From positions 53,010,001 to 53,074,000 of the forward strand of contig CM052821.1 of NCBI GenBank assembly GCA_028534125.1: 64,000 bases of DNA, given 5' to 3'. The notes under the pieces were generated by a model. That model searched no databases. It saw only the letters and a program-made list of their open reading frames with translations, and was not told the DNA's origin. The translations under genes and the position numbers were made by a program. Positions 13,137-24,885 of the stretch are shown here, in pieces. Numbering within the stretch: position 1 is the first letter of the stretch; every line of letters starts with the position of its first letter. Origin of the DNA: Lama glama (lineage: Eukaryota).

Positions 13137-14665
13137 ATGAACAGATCTTAAAATTCATATGGAAACTCAAGGGAAGTTCAAGAATAGCCAGATCAATCTT
13201 GAATGTGAAAGCAGGAGGACTTGCACTTCACAATACAAAAACTTACCATAAAGCTACGGTAATCAAACCGGGCTTGAGGACAAACAAATAGATCAGTGGG
13301 ATAGAAATGAGAGCCTAGAAACAGACCCATTCATTTACAGCCAACTGATTTCAAGAGGATGCCTAGATAACTGTACGGGGAAAAAGGAAGGTCTTTTCAA
13401 CAAATAATGCTGTGACACCTGGGGAGCCACATGCAAAAGAATACACTTGGACCCCTATCTCACACCATATAAAATTAATCCAACATGGATCAAAGACCTA
13501 GAGGTAGGAGCTAAAACCACAAAGCTCTTAGAAAGGAAACAGGTGTAATCTTTGGGCATTTGGATCAGGCAATGAACAGCTTCTTAGAAGTGACACAAAA
13601 AACACAACCAACCAAAGGGAAAAAAACATAAACTGAACTTCACAAAAAAGTAAAGCGTATGTGCTTCAAAAGACACCATCAAGAAAGCAAAAAGGAACTC
13701 ACAGACGGGAGAAGATCTTTGTAAATCATGTACCTAATCAGGGACTTGTTGCAGAACATCAGAGAACCCTTTCACCGTAACAGTAAAGCCAACTAATTCA
13801 ACCAGAAATGGGCAAAGGATCTGGACGGGCATTTCTTTAAAGCAGGTATACAAGTGGGCAAGTACATGAAAAAATACTCAGCATCACTCGCCATCTGGGA
13901 GACACAAATGCAAACCACAATGACATACCGCTTCATACCCGCTAAGATGGCCACAATCAAAAAGGCAGATAACAACAAGTGCTGGCGAGGATGTGGAGCA
14001 ACTGGAACCCTCACACACCGCTGGAGGGAATGGAAAACGTACAACGGCGCAGCCACTTTGGGAAACAGCCTGGTAGTTCCTCAAAACTTAAACACAGAGT
14101 TACCATACAACCCAGCAATTTCCCTCTTGGGTATATACCACAGAAAACTGTGAACATATGTTCATACAGAAGCTTGTGCATGAATGCTCACAACAGCATT
14201 ATTCGTAACAGCCCAAAGCTGGAAACAACGCAAAATGTCCAATGACTGATAGATGGATAAACAAAGTGCAGTGTAACCGCACGGTGGAATACAACTCGGC
14301 AATGAAAAGGAATGAAGCACTGACACCTGCTACAACGTGGCCGAACCTTGAAATTATGCTAAATGAGATAAGCCAGTCACAGAAGGCCACAGAGCATATT
14401 CCACTTATGTGAAATCCCCAGAGTGGCGACTTCATAAAAGACAAAAGTAGATTGTGGTGGCCTAGGGCTGGGGGGCTTGAGGGAAACGAGGAGGGGCTGC
14501 TGTGGGGATGGGCTTCTTCTTGGAGGAGTGAGAAGGCTCTACAACCCACCGTGGCTGCACAGCTCTGTGATTACACTGACACTCGCTGAATCGCACACTA
14601 ACTGGGTGAACTGCGTGGTATGTGAATTACATCTCAAAAAAGCTGTTAATAAAAACAAAAAGCAA
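13137..14665 (+). mobile_element. 5'-truncated L1 (L1MB-like): ORF2 C-terminus plus 3' UTR
   Basis: ILKFIWKLKG..RIARSIL..KAGGLAL....YHKATVIK and MQTTMTYRFIPAKMATIKKADNNKCWRGCG..NTELPYNPAISLLGIY are L1 ORF2 motifs; ends in gtgaattacatctcaaaaaagctgttaataaaaac plus A-rich tail. Confidence 0.92.
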
Positions 14666-14795
14666 AAGGAAGAGAGAAAGTACCAGGCTGGACATGCAAG
14701 AATCATCCAGGCCGGAATCAAGCCCAAATGTCTCCCGGGTCATCACACGAAACACGCAAGGACTTCCTACAGGACCGAGAGGCTCACAGGTTCCA

Positions 14796-14826
<31 letters not shown>

Positions 14827-16450
14827 TTTGGCTTCCTGCTCTGTGAGGAGCAGGAGGAACAATCAGTTTGTCAGACCCATGAGGATGAAATCTGGTGAAG
14901 CCGGGACAGCCTCCTGGAACCACCAGACATCTCACTGTCTCTGAAGACAACCCATCCCCAAAGGGACAAGCTGGCTGTGACATTAGACAATGTTGGTGAG
15001 AAGCTTTTCCAGGGTAACAGAGGAAATGGCATGGCTGCGACCTTCAGAATCCTGGATAAAGTGTAAAGATGGGACATGGACTGGAGCCAAGTCCCAAGAC
15101 CTTTTGAGCATCTCTGGATGGATGTCCTGGGTTATAAATATGTACTAGTAATAGCAGGTTTACTTTCTGGGTGAGCTGAAGCAGTCTCTTGTTGAAAAAA
15201 ATAACAGCATTCACAGCAGTGAAATGTTACTACATTTTGTGTTTCTTATTTGGGATATTCCAGCTTACTTATTTAGTAACATGCAGAAACATTTTACTGG
15301 GAGAGTTATTCATAAAATTATTCAGAAATGTCACCATCTTCATTACTTCTAATTTTTTTGAAAAATAAAAATGGATTTTTCAGAACTTACTATAAAGTCA
15401 CCATTTAGAGATCTTAAACTGAGGTTCCTCAGAGAACCTCTAAAAGCAGAGAGATCACAGAAACTGACGGTTATCCAAGATTCTCCGAGCAGGCAGACGA
15501 CTACACAGAGTCGAGAGCCTGTATCTAAGATGATTGGAATAAATTCTCCTGGACGTTTGCGACCACTGATCTCCATAGGCTCCTTTGCATACCTTCGTTC
15601 TTTATTCTTTTGGCCACGTTTCCCTGTCACATACACTTAATTCTGATTTATCCAAACGAGTAGTAACTCACCTAGATGGAGGCCTTACTAGTGATAACCT
15701 CAGCTAACTGTTCCGTGGGGCTGTAAGACTGTTCCGAGTGAATGACTCCCCAGTACCCCCAGTGAGCAAATGCCTCCTTGCAAAGCATCTGGAGATAGAA
15801 CACATTCCGAGGGACAAATGGTGAAGCAGATGGCAGAAGCTACCAGCTCCATCCACAGGAACCGGACTGCCCCGGTGGTCATCACTTCGGGCGATACACA
15901 GATAACGCCGCCGAGGGCACGGCTTAGGGGCCTGATGAAGCAGTCTGACTTCCTAATGCAAGGAGCCGTGGAAAACATGGATACGGCCTCGGATTTTCTT
16001 TTGGTCAGTCATGGGAGTCAGTGCCACTGCCGGCATGTCACTGTGAACCTGGATTCACGGCGGAGGTGAGTGGGGACGATCTACACCGAGGCTCCACGAG
16101 AAAGCAGCCTGAACGCCGAAGGCAGGCTTGAGGATTCGATAGGACTGGCTTTCTGGCTCAGCCCTGGGGACGCTTCAGTCATGGTTCTAGCGGGCTTTCT
16201 AGTACCTTCTAATACCTTCAGCCATACTTGTCTGTCTCATCATCCCACGCCTGCTGTCCAGAACATTGTTGCTTTTGTGCAGGCACAGACCCAGCAAATG
16301 GCTTAGGGACAAAAATGAGATAAATTCACCCTGACTGACAGTGCCCTGACCAGCAGACCTCCACCAATGGCTCTTCATGGAGGCTGGTTTGACGGCCGTG
16401 GTGAAGATCTGGACAAGTCCTGTGGCCCCTCCTGTAGCTCTGACTGAGGA
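14666..16450 (+). mobile_element. Decayed class I ERV internal region, 3' part (RNase H, integrase, env TM)
   Basis: EERKYQAGHA (RNase H); PRPFEHLWMD/GYKYVLVIAGLLSG*AEAVSC and HFTGRVIHK (integrase); RDLKLRFLREP (IN end); QSDFLMQGAVENMDTASDFLLVSHG then GVSATAGMSL*TWIH (env immunosuppressive domain and CX6CC relic). Right boundary approximate. Confidence 0.75.
14795..14826. repeat. Compound (CT)n(CA)n microsatellite
   Basis: atctctctctctctcacacacacacacacaca. Confidence 0.9.
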
Positions 16451-16828
16451 GGGACAAGTAAATACTCGACCTCACACGACCCTAATAATCAGAGGACACA
16501 TCTCGGAAAGCCAACCAGTGGGTGCCAGTCCCAGGCCTGGAAAGTCAGCCACTTGGTGGCCGGCTCACTCAGCGATCAGGCTTCTAAGGGAGCGCCAGCC
16601 CGTTCTCCCTCAGCACCCTGCCAAGGCACGCTCCTGAGGCTGACATCACCAACCCTGCCTCTACCCAACACGGCCCCAACCCGCTGTTCCCCAAAACTCC
16701 AGACAAGAACAGGGCTTTGCTTTGCTCAACAAGACTTTGCCCGAGGAGCACAGCAAATCTCAAGCAAGCAGCACATTCAGCCTTTTGATTTTGGGTATTA
16801 AGTTACGGTATCTATTCTTCGATACTTT

Positions 16829-17390
16829 CATTCTTCATTCAACAAACATTTACTGAGTATCTACGCTTGCTGGGCTCTGGGGATTCAGCAGCGAACAAGA
16901 CAGGCTGAAAACACCTGCTCAAGTGTGCGGAGTGTGTTCAGTGAGGACAGACAGGCAACGCCCAGCAGGGCTCTGTGAAGTGCACATGTCTGGTGGTGCC
17001 AAGTGCAACGGGAGGAAAAGAGTGCGAGAGCCGAGTGGCGGGTCGGGGTGCAGAGAGGGGCCAGCTGCTGCTCAGGGTGTGTGGTCAGGAGGGTCCCCGG
17101 AGCAGACCCCTGCAGAGAGGGAGGCGCCCTCCAGGCCAACAGAGGAGCCCAAGCAAGGCTGTGTTGAGGTGGGGGCGCCGCAGCTGCGAGGTCAGGGAGG
17201 CTGGCAGGGGGTGGTGAGGGGGAGGGTGGAGGGCAGTCAGGCCCGGGCGCCACAACCTTTGGGCCATTCTAGGAACTCTGGCTTTGCTTCTGCATGAAGA
17301 GGAGTCACTGGAGGGCGCTGAGCCAAGAGGACAGACTCTGACTTAAATTTAACAGTCTTACTCTGGCAGCCCTGGGGAGGTTAGAGGATG
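16829..17390 (-). mobile_element. L2 3' end
   Basis: cattcttcattcaacaaacatttactgagtatctac...gaacaagacag is the reverse complement of the L2 tail. Confidence 0.75.
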
Positions 17391-18050
17391 GCGGGGCAAG
17401 GACTTGAGAACTGCTTCGGGGACACAGCCTCAGCACCCGGTACAGGTCCGGCACATAGCGGGTAGTCAGTACGTGTTTATGGAATCAGTGAATGTGGGGG
17501 ACTGTCCAGCACTCAGCCTAGAGGTGCCCTGAGTACCCAGAGCCACCAGCAGAGGGCGAACGAGCCCTGCGCACTCCAGGAGGCCTGCCTCGCCAGACAC
17601 CGTGGGGCCGGCGGCCTGGGCAGGAGGCAGGTGTGCAGAGACCCAGCTACTCCTCAGTCCAGGCTCTAGTGCCTTGTAACCACCCCGCCTCTCCTACCAG
17701 CCTCCTTGGTAGGACAAGGGGAGCTGGGGGCCGAGGCCTCCTCACTCCACTCCCTCTGAGCTGTCAGCTCCCCCTGCGCCACAGCTCTGGCTGCACACAC
17801 TGACCTCAGATCTCCACCTCCACGCTCTGGCTGGCACCAGTGTGCTCTCCCACTGTACCCCCTCTTCTTCTGTAAGCCCCCATTCCCACCAGCCATATTC
17901 TAGCAGCAGAGGGTCCAGTAGCCCTGAGCCCGAAGGAAGGCCCAGGGGTCTTTTTGCCCCACCTGGAGAAGTCACAGCCCCTCCCATCCAGGCAGCACGG
18001 GGCGAGGAGGGGCTAGGGCCCAGGCCCTTCTTGGGGGTCTTCGAGGGGTC

Positions 18051-18176
18051 TCAGCAATGGGACCCCGGCGTCAGCTCGCCCTGGGCACTCACCCAGCGAT
18101 GGGACCCCGGTGACAGCTCGCCCCGGGCACTCACCCAGCGAAGAGACCCTGGTGACAGCTCGCCCCGGGCACTCAC
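18051..18176 (-). repeat. 3 x 42-bp tandem repeat starting at the exon 10 5' splice site
   Basis: Units 18135-18176, 18093-18134 and 18051-18092; each begins GTGAGTGCCC(G/A)GGGCGAGCTG on the minus strand. Confidence 0.95.
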
Positions 18177-18299
18177 CCACACAGTCCTTCTGGTTCCAGT
18201 GGAGGCGCCTCCCGGGGGGGCAGACACACGCGTAGCTGCCCTTGGTGTTGACACAGCCCTGGTCACAGCTCCCGTTGTTCATGCTGCACTCGTCCACAT
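18177..18299 (-). CDS. SCUBE1: SCUBE1 exon 10 (calcium-binding EGF9), 123 nt using the first donor
   Basis: Acceptor TGCTCCCAG|AT, donor GTGG|GTGAGT; [41 protein letters not shown]. Alternative in-frame ends at 18135 and 18093. Confidence 0.93.
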
Positions 18300-19760
18300 C
18301 TGGGAGCACAGGTAGGAGTGAGGGCAGGAGGGCGGCTGGGCGGGGCTGGCAGGCGGGGCCTACCCAGGACGGGAGGGCCCTGCATCCCCTGACCCTGACC
18401 CCAGCCCGGTACTGTCACCAGCTGCAGACACGCGGCCGCACACGAGCTCGCGCACACACAGGGCTCCCACAGACACCAGCACACACCCCTCCCCCGGAAC
18501 CTCGGCGGTTTGCTGAACCTGGGCCGCTGTGCTCGGACTTGCGGGAGGGCCGAGAAGTGGTACAAAATAAAGTTCCAGTCAGGTCTTGTGGGGCACGGAA
18601 TGCCCAGCACAGGCCCGGGTCATGAGGCCGTATCTCACTGCGGGACCCCGGACAGGCCCTTCCCAGCCCGTTTCCTCTCCCAGGGCGCAGGAAGTCACCT
18701 TTAGGGCCCTGCCTTCCTTCGGGTCAAACATCCCCCTGAGGGAAGCAGCAGGCCCAGGGCAGCTGGTGAGCTGGTGCCCATGTTTCTGGGAGTCCCTCCA
18801 GAAGACGCTGCAGCTCCCCCCAGGAGCTCCCCCGCCCCCCAGCACCGCCAGGCCTGAGCCTGCCCGACCATCACGGCTGCCCAGCTGAGGAGGTGTGGCT
18901 ACCACCCCAGGTCCAGGAAAGGGAGGGACTGGAGACCGTGGGGCCTTTCTTGACTTCTCCACTTTCACACCCCAGGCCTGTACACCTCCACGTCCCATCA
19001 CCCGTGGATCCTACATACACCTAGACCTTCCCTCTCCCACATCCCTCCCACCCTGCCAGAGCCAGCAGCTCTCACTCCCCTGTCTGGAGCCGTGTCCTCA
19101 CCGGCCCTGGGTTCCACTCTCCTAAAGGTGGCAGCCAGAGGGATCTTGTTACATGACCTTGACTACGTCACACCCCTGCTTAAACCCTCGGATGGTTTCT
19201 CATCGTGCTGGGAATAAAACCACAAGTCCCCTGGGGGCTCACAGAGCCCTGTGTCCCTTCTGTCACCATGCGCCCCTTCCTTCATGGGGCTGTAGCCCCA
19301 CGGGCTGCATCTCGGTCCCTCTGTGCTCCCTCTGCCTCAGTGCCTCTGCACACGCTGAACCCTCTGGCACGCTTCCCCTCATCTTGACCCAAACCGTCCT
19401 CCTTTAGGATCCCCCCATCTTCCCCACACTCCGCCCTTCTCTGTTGTCACCCCCTCCCACTGGAATGAACTGGTTAAGGGATTCTCTGTGTAGCCGTCCT
19501 CCCTTCCAGACCGGGGTTCCCCAGCAACTGCTGTTCACAGGCCTGTGCCCACAGGCTTGCTGAGGCCTGGCACCCAGGGGATACTTTCTGCCCCTCCCCC
19601 CATCCTCCTGCCTGGCCCTTGGCTGAGCCCCTCCCCCCACCAGTCCCTCCCAGGCCCGTCAGAGTCAAGGTCAGGGGCGGGGTGTGGGGTACAGTGCAGG
19701 TGGCCATGTGGCCGGCGCGTGCCTCTGGGGGGAGGTGGCCCTGGCGGGCGAGCTGCAGAC

Positions 19761-19877
19761 CTCCGCAGTGGGTCGTCCCATAGAGCGTGTAGCCGCGGTG
19801 GCACAGGCACTGGAAGCTGCCCGGGGAGTTGATGCAGACGTGGTCGCAGGTCCGCTCGAAGGAGCACTCGTCGATGT
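19761..19877 (-). CDS. SCUBE1: SCUBE1 exon 9 (calcium-binding EGF8), 117 nt
   Basis: Acceptor GGCCACCAG|AC, weak donor GGAG|GTCTGC; [39 protein letters not shown]. Confidence 0.95.
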
Positions 19878-21990
19878 CTGGTGGCCACAGGGAGACAAAG
19901 TTTGGGAGAGGTTTCGGGGTGTGGTGGATGGCATGGCCTGTCACTACTCAGTCACTCAAAAGACATCTGGGTGCAGACAGTCCCGGGCCGAAGGCTCAGT
20001 GCACAGCTGACCCACAGTAAATGCCAGACTTCCGGTCATTGCCTGACTTCCCATTTAGTCTCCATTAACCTCATGTTTCTGGGTTGGAAGCCACCTCACA
20101 TCTTTTCTGGAGGTGGGCAGGGGAGAAATATTGTGAGAAGGGATGATTATGCCATTGTGACAGCTCACACTCTAGTGTGGTTAGGATGGGTATTTCATCC
20201 ACACCTGCAGGAAACCGACGGGCTTGCCTGAGGATGCCGCCGAACTGAGATGTGAAAACAGACCTTGGATGCCGACCGAAGTGTGTTTTCCCATCACCCC
20301 AAGATGTCTCTTGAGAGAGTAAGGAAAACAGCACAGATAGAAAGGGGGTTAGGGGGTAATATGCTACCCACAAGGAATAACAAAGCAGCCTTGACAGTAC
20401 ATGAAATTTGATTCTGACCACCCTGGCAGCCAGGGTAAAAAGGGAAAGAGGGAAGGTCACAGAGCACTTGTCACTGGAAAGGAGGAAATGGACCACGTGT
20501 TCACAGGGGACAAGTCTGTCCTGGCCATAAGTTCTGAGGACAATGGCTCCTGTGGGATAGTTGATGGGGGTCCTGAGGGCAAAGCAGACATTGATCTGCC
20601 TCCCCATGGGCACTGCAGTTGGAGTTCATTCTTTGAATACTTTTGTTCATGTGACTGCAGATGTACTCGTGACATATGCGTGTTTGTAGTAACATAGCAC
20701 AAGGAAGGAATCACACTGCATGTGCTCAAAGGAGGATGTGATTCCTCTGGTGGGGGGGCTGGTCTGGAAAGATCTCATGGTGCTTGTGGCACCTGGGCTA
20801 GACCCTGAAGGATAGGGCCAGACTGGAGTGAAGGAAGGAGAGTCGGGGAGGGGCACTCTAGGCAAAGGCTGGGAGGTGGCAGCACCGGCTCCTCGGGGAT
20901 CGTGTGGAGCTCAGGGGGGCGGGGGAGGTGTCTGGGGTCCGCATCCCAAGGGCCTTGAGTGCCAAGCAGGGAAGCTTAGACCTCTCCCTGTTGGAACTGG
21001 AGATCCAGGGGCTGTGCTGAAGCCGGGGTTGGGGGGCATGGCCAGAGCCCCAGGCCTCAGAGAGATGAGTCTGGAGAGGGTGGAGAAATCAGTCAGAGCC
21101 CAGAGCAGTCCTGCCATTGCCCCTTCCTCGGCAGCTGCCCGCCTCTCTCAAGGCAGCAGGGAATGCAAAGTCCAGGGCCTCCCTCACTGCCCACAGAATG
21201 CGGTATGGCAGACAGAGAAACAAAGTCCAAGAGCAGAGGAGCCCCGATCGGGGCCTGCACAGATGCTACACTCCCAGGAGGCCCGAGAGGAAGACCGGGC
21301 CAGGTGCCCGACCAGGAATGAAGAGGCTGAGCCCAGGGAGGGGGACCGCCTGGCTTGGGTCACGTGATGAGCCCCAGGACAGGCTGGCCCTGGACCCTGC
21401 CTTGCCAGCCTCTGCTCTCATCATTTTTGGAGCCCTTGGGGGAGCACATCCCTGGCCCCTCAGGGCCTTGTGCTGCCCCAGGCCAGCCTCTGAGTGGCAC
21501 TAAGAGGCAGAAGCTGCAAGGCCCATGGCCAGATGCAGCCACGTGGAGATGAAACGACTGGATGACAACAGGGTAGCCATAATGGAACAGAGCCACTCCC
21601 TCACCGCCCAGGTCATCCTGGTCCCTCCTTCTGCACATTTCCCCAAAGCTGTCTCCTTCTCAGGGGCCTCATTCAGCCCCAAAGGGCTCCTTGTGGTCCC
21701 TCAAGCCCCTTCAGCCCAACAGTGCCGCTCCCTGGATGGGTCCCTTCCTTGGCTCCTCCTGGAAGATGCCTATTCATCCTTCAAGCATTTCACCAATGTC
21801 CCTTCCTCTAGAGAGCCTTTCCTGACCACCCTCTCTGCTGCCCATCCTCTGGACTCTCCCTGCTGAACTTGTCCTGGGCTGTAATTCTTAGCTTCTGCCC
21901 AAATTTCTCCTCCCATTACCCCTGCTCCTGGCAGGCGCCCAGAGACCCTGAGGAAGGACTGCTGGCAAGCACCTGCCATGTGCACACCTT

Positions 21991-22006
21991 CCACCAGGTG
22001 GCAGCA
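21991..22006 (+). promoter_or_regulatory. Candidate CTCF site
   Basis: CCACCAGGTGGCAGCA matches the CTCF core; motif evidence only. Confidence 0.45.
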
Positions 22007-22340
22007 TCCTGCCTCCGAAGCCACCAGGGGAGCCAGGCAGGACTCCCTGTGCCACCTGGGACTCGGTGATCCCTCCCTGGGCCTCAGGTTCCCATTCATA
22101 GTGGGGACAGGGTGGACTGGGTGGCTTCTGGGGGCCTCTAGAGTCGCAAAGGACAGGGAAGACAGGGAGGGCAAGAGCACATGCTAGGGACAGAAAAACT
22201 ACAGCCACCCCCTCAGGCCCAGCCCAGTAGGTGGGCGGCCCCAACCCCGGGCTCACCTCCTCCCCTAGCGGGCTGTATGAGCCCCCAAGGGGGGAGGACC
22301 CCACGAGGACCAGGGCTGCCCGGGCCGGCTGGCAGCTCAC

Positions 22341-22463
22341 CTTGGCACGTCCGCTCATCCGTCAGCAGCTTGTAGCCCTTCCGGCAGCTGCACTCGAAGC
22401 TGCCCACAGTGTTGCGGCAGAAGTGGTCGCAGCCCCCGTTGTTGACCAGGCACTCATTGATGT
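22341..22463 (-). CDS. SCUBE1: SCUBE1 exon 8 (calcium-binding EGF7), 123 nt
   Basis: Acceptor CCCCCACAG|AC, donor CAAG|GTGAGC; [41 protein letters not shown]. Confidence 0.96.
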
Positions 22464-24784
22464 CTGTGGGGGCCAAGCGGGCGGGGGAGATGAGGATGGT
22501 GGGCTCGGCGGTGGGGGCGAGGGTGGGGGCACTGCAGGACCCCCGGCCGGGACTCCCCCGCCCTGACTCGCCTGCCGCCCAGGGCCCAGGGCTGCGGCGG
22601 GTGCCCCAGCTGAGCGCAGGGGTGGGCTGGGCCCCCAGCCGGGGGGGTGCGGAGGACGGGCCACGCCGCGCCCAGCATTTGTGTATAGAAGGTTGGGGAG
22701 CTGATGTCTACTGTACCCCACAAGACAACAGGGTCGATGACACCCCGAGCCCTTTCGTTCCGGGAGGCAGGCCAGGGGGCAGTGAGGCCTGGGAAGGCAG
22801 GCTGCTTCCCCGCAGGGCAGCGGTGACTCTGGGCAAGCTCCCGGGCCCTGCAGCCCATGCCCCCTGTCGTAACAGCAGGCTCAGAAGCGCCCCTGCTTGA
22901 AGAACAGCGGCAGGAGCCAATGAAATAACACCCCCACGGCACTGGCACTTTCTCAGCGCCCAACCGCCCTTTCTGAGAGGCAGGTTGGCTGCTCCTGTTC
23001 CACTGACAGGGAGACCGAGCCGTGGAAGGTGACGGCTGGCTGAGGCGCTGTGCCCGGAGGCGGGTGTCCCCGGGCTGCCCGACCTCCCGGCCTGGTTCTT
23101 CCTGCTCCCCTCCCAGGGCCTGCCCGAGGGTCTGAGCTGTCTCCTCACTCAGCATTTCACGGGTTGGGTATGTGCCCTGAAGGTCACCTGAGCGTCCCTG
23201 CCAGTCGGCCTCTGCTTGCACACCTGGAGTGACGGGAGCCTCCTCCCTCACAGCCGGGCCTGCTGGCTGATGCCTCAAAAACTTCCCCTGTCCCAGGTGA
23301 ACTCCCTCCCTCCCCCTGGCCCTGCTCATCTGGGTTCTGCTCCCCAGGCTGCTGGTCAACCTGGCGGACTGAGTTGTCAGAGACCTTGTCCCTGAGGTGC
23401 CTCTTCTTCCTCCAGAGTTCCTCTTGGACCCCGATCCCTGGGACCCCAGTGCTGGTCACACTCCACGCCCCCAGCCCCGACCCAGCAGCTGGAGACAGAA
23501 GTAGATGACTTTCAGGGTGGTGTCACCCTGATTTGGAGGGGGCAAAAAGAAGTGGTGGAAGAGGCAAGGGCTTCTGCTGTGTTGGCCACTGGCCGCACCA
23601 TAGCAGAGCTGCTGACTCAGACCCCAGCACCCGCTGAGCCTGGCCTGAGCGTGAAGCTGGACGCCCCTCGTGAGCAAGGTCAGCCTGTCCCCATTTCACC
23701 GCCCCACGGAGGGGACCAGGTCCTGTTCCAATGGCTCCCGTCTCGGGCCCAGCCTCTCCCCACGCTGCTCTCTTGACTTGAACCTGCTGAAAAATCCTAA
23801 GGCGGCATTCCCACAGAATGCTCCCCAACACAAAACAAAACTCACAAAACATGGGGACAATGGGGGGCTTTAAAGAGAGCAAGGCTGAGGCCTGCAGTGG
23901 GGCCAACCTCGGGGCCTTTGGGAGGGGAATAGGCACAGGGAGTCGGGCGGGGGCAGGCCCCAGAGCTGCTTTCCTGCAGAGGCCTGGGCAGGACTGGGCT
24001 CTGGGGAACACAGGACCCCCAGTGGGCGGGCCTGTCATCACCTTGCCCTTGGCTGGCCTCCCAGAGGCACCTTCGCCCCAAAGACCCATTCTGTTTGCAT
24101 ATTCTGATGATATTGGCACCAGGAAGATGGGAAGGGAGGGGAACCTGAGGTGGCCCCATGAAGAAAGGCAGCCGGGGTGTGTGTGGTTCACCAGACCTGG
24201 CTCTGAGTCTGGCTCTGCTGCTCATCGGCTGGGGGTCTTGACCTCTCTGAACACAGTCAGTGCTCTGTGTGTACACACTGAAGTGACTGCTAAAGACAGG
24301 CTTCTCAGCACTTCAAACTCTGCACAGGCTCCAAAGCCCGTACTTCAGGAGCAGAGCTGCCTAAGGAGGAGCCCACGTGCCAGAGTAAGTATTAGGACCC
24401 CTAGTGGTCACTGCCCCTACAGGACACCACCTCCTGCTGGCAGCCAGGCCAAGCACTTTCTGGCAAAGTCTCATGTGATGGTCCAGACAAGTAGGGGGTC
24501 AGATCTCCCCCTTTACAGAGGAGGTCACAGCTCCGAGGAGGAGCCAGATTTGAGCCCAGCTCCAGCTGCCTCTGAAGAGGGGCCTTCTCCAGGACAGCAC
24601 GCCCGCCCTGCAGCCTCCAGAGGAAGCAGATGACAAGCCCAGTGAGGGCTTGTCCAGGGCAGAGGCTTGGGCACGTCCATCACCCCCTCCCCTGGGGACT
24701 ACGGGAAGATGGGTGAGGTTCAAGCTAAAAGCCCCTGGCTGGAAGGAGAACAGAGGCCCTTCGCCACTCTGCCCCAGCCCGCTC

Positions 24785-24885
24785 TGTGATCCTGGGCAAG
24801 GAAAGGCACCTCTCTGTGCCTCAGGTTCCCCATCTGCAAACTGGGCTGCTAATAGGCACCTCTCCAGCATCATTCATTAAGATTA
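24785..24885 (+). mobile_element. MIR SINE
   Basis: tgtgatcctgggcaag...cctctctgtgcctcaggttccccatctgcaaactggg. Confidence 0.65.

Noticed and set aside
15770-16306. Co-opted env (syncytin-like) gene
   Set aside because: Frameshifts, stops and loss of the CX6CC cysteines; only a TM relic remains.
18051-18176. CRISPR-like repeat array
   Set aside because: Head-to-tail units without unique spacers, in a mammalian intron with no cas genes.
20040-20760. Lower-GC segment with 90-180 aa ORFs, possible pseudogene
   Set aside because: No recognisable protein motifs; probably an old unclassified repeat or neutral sequence that needs a Dfam search.
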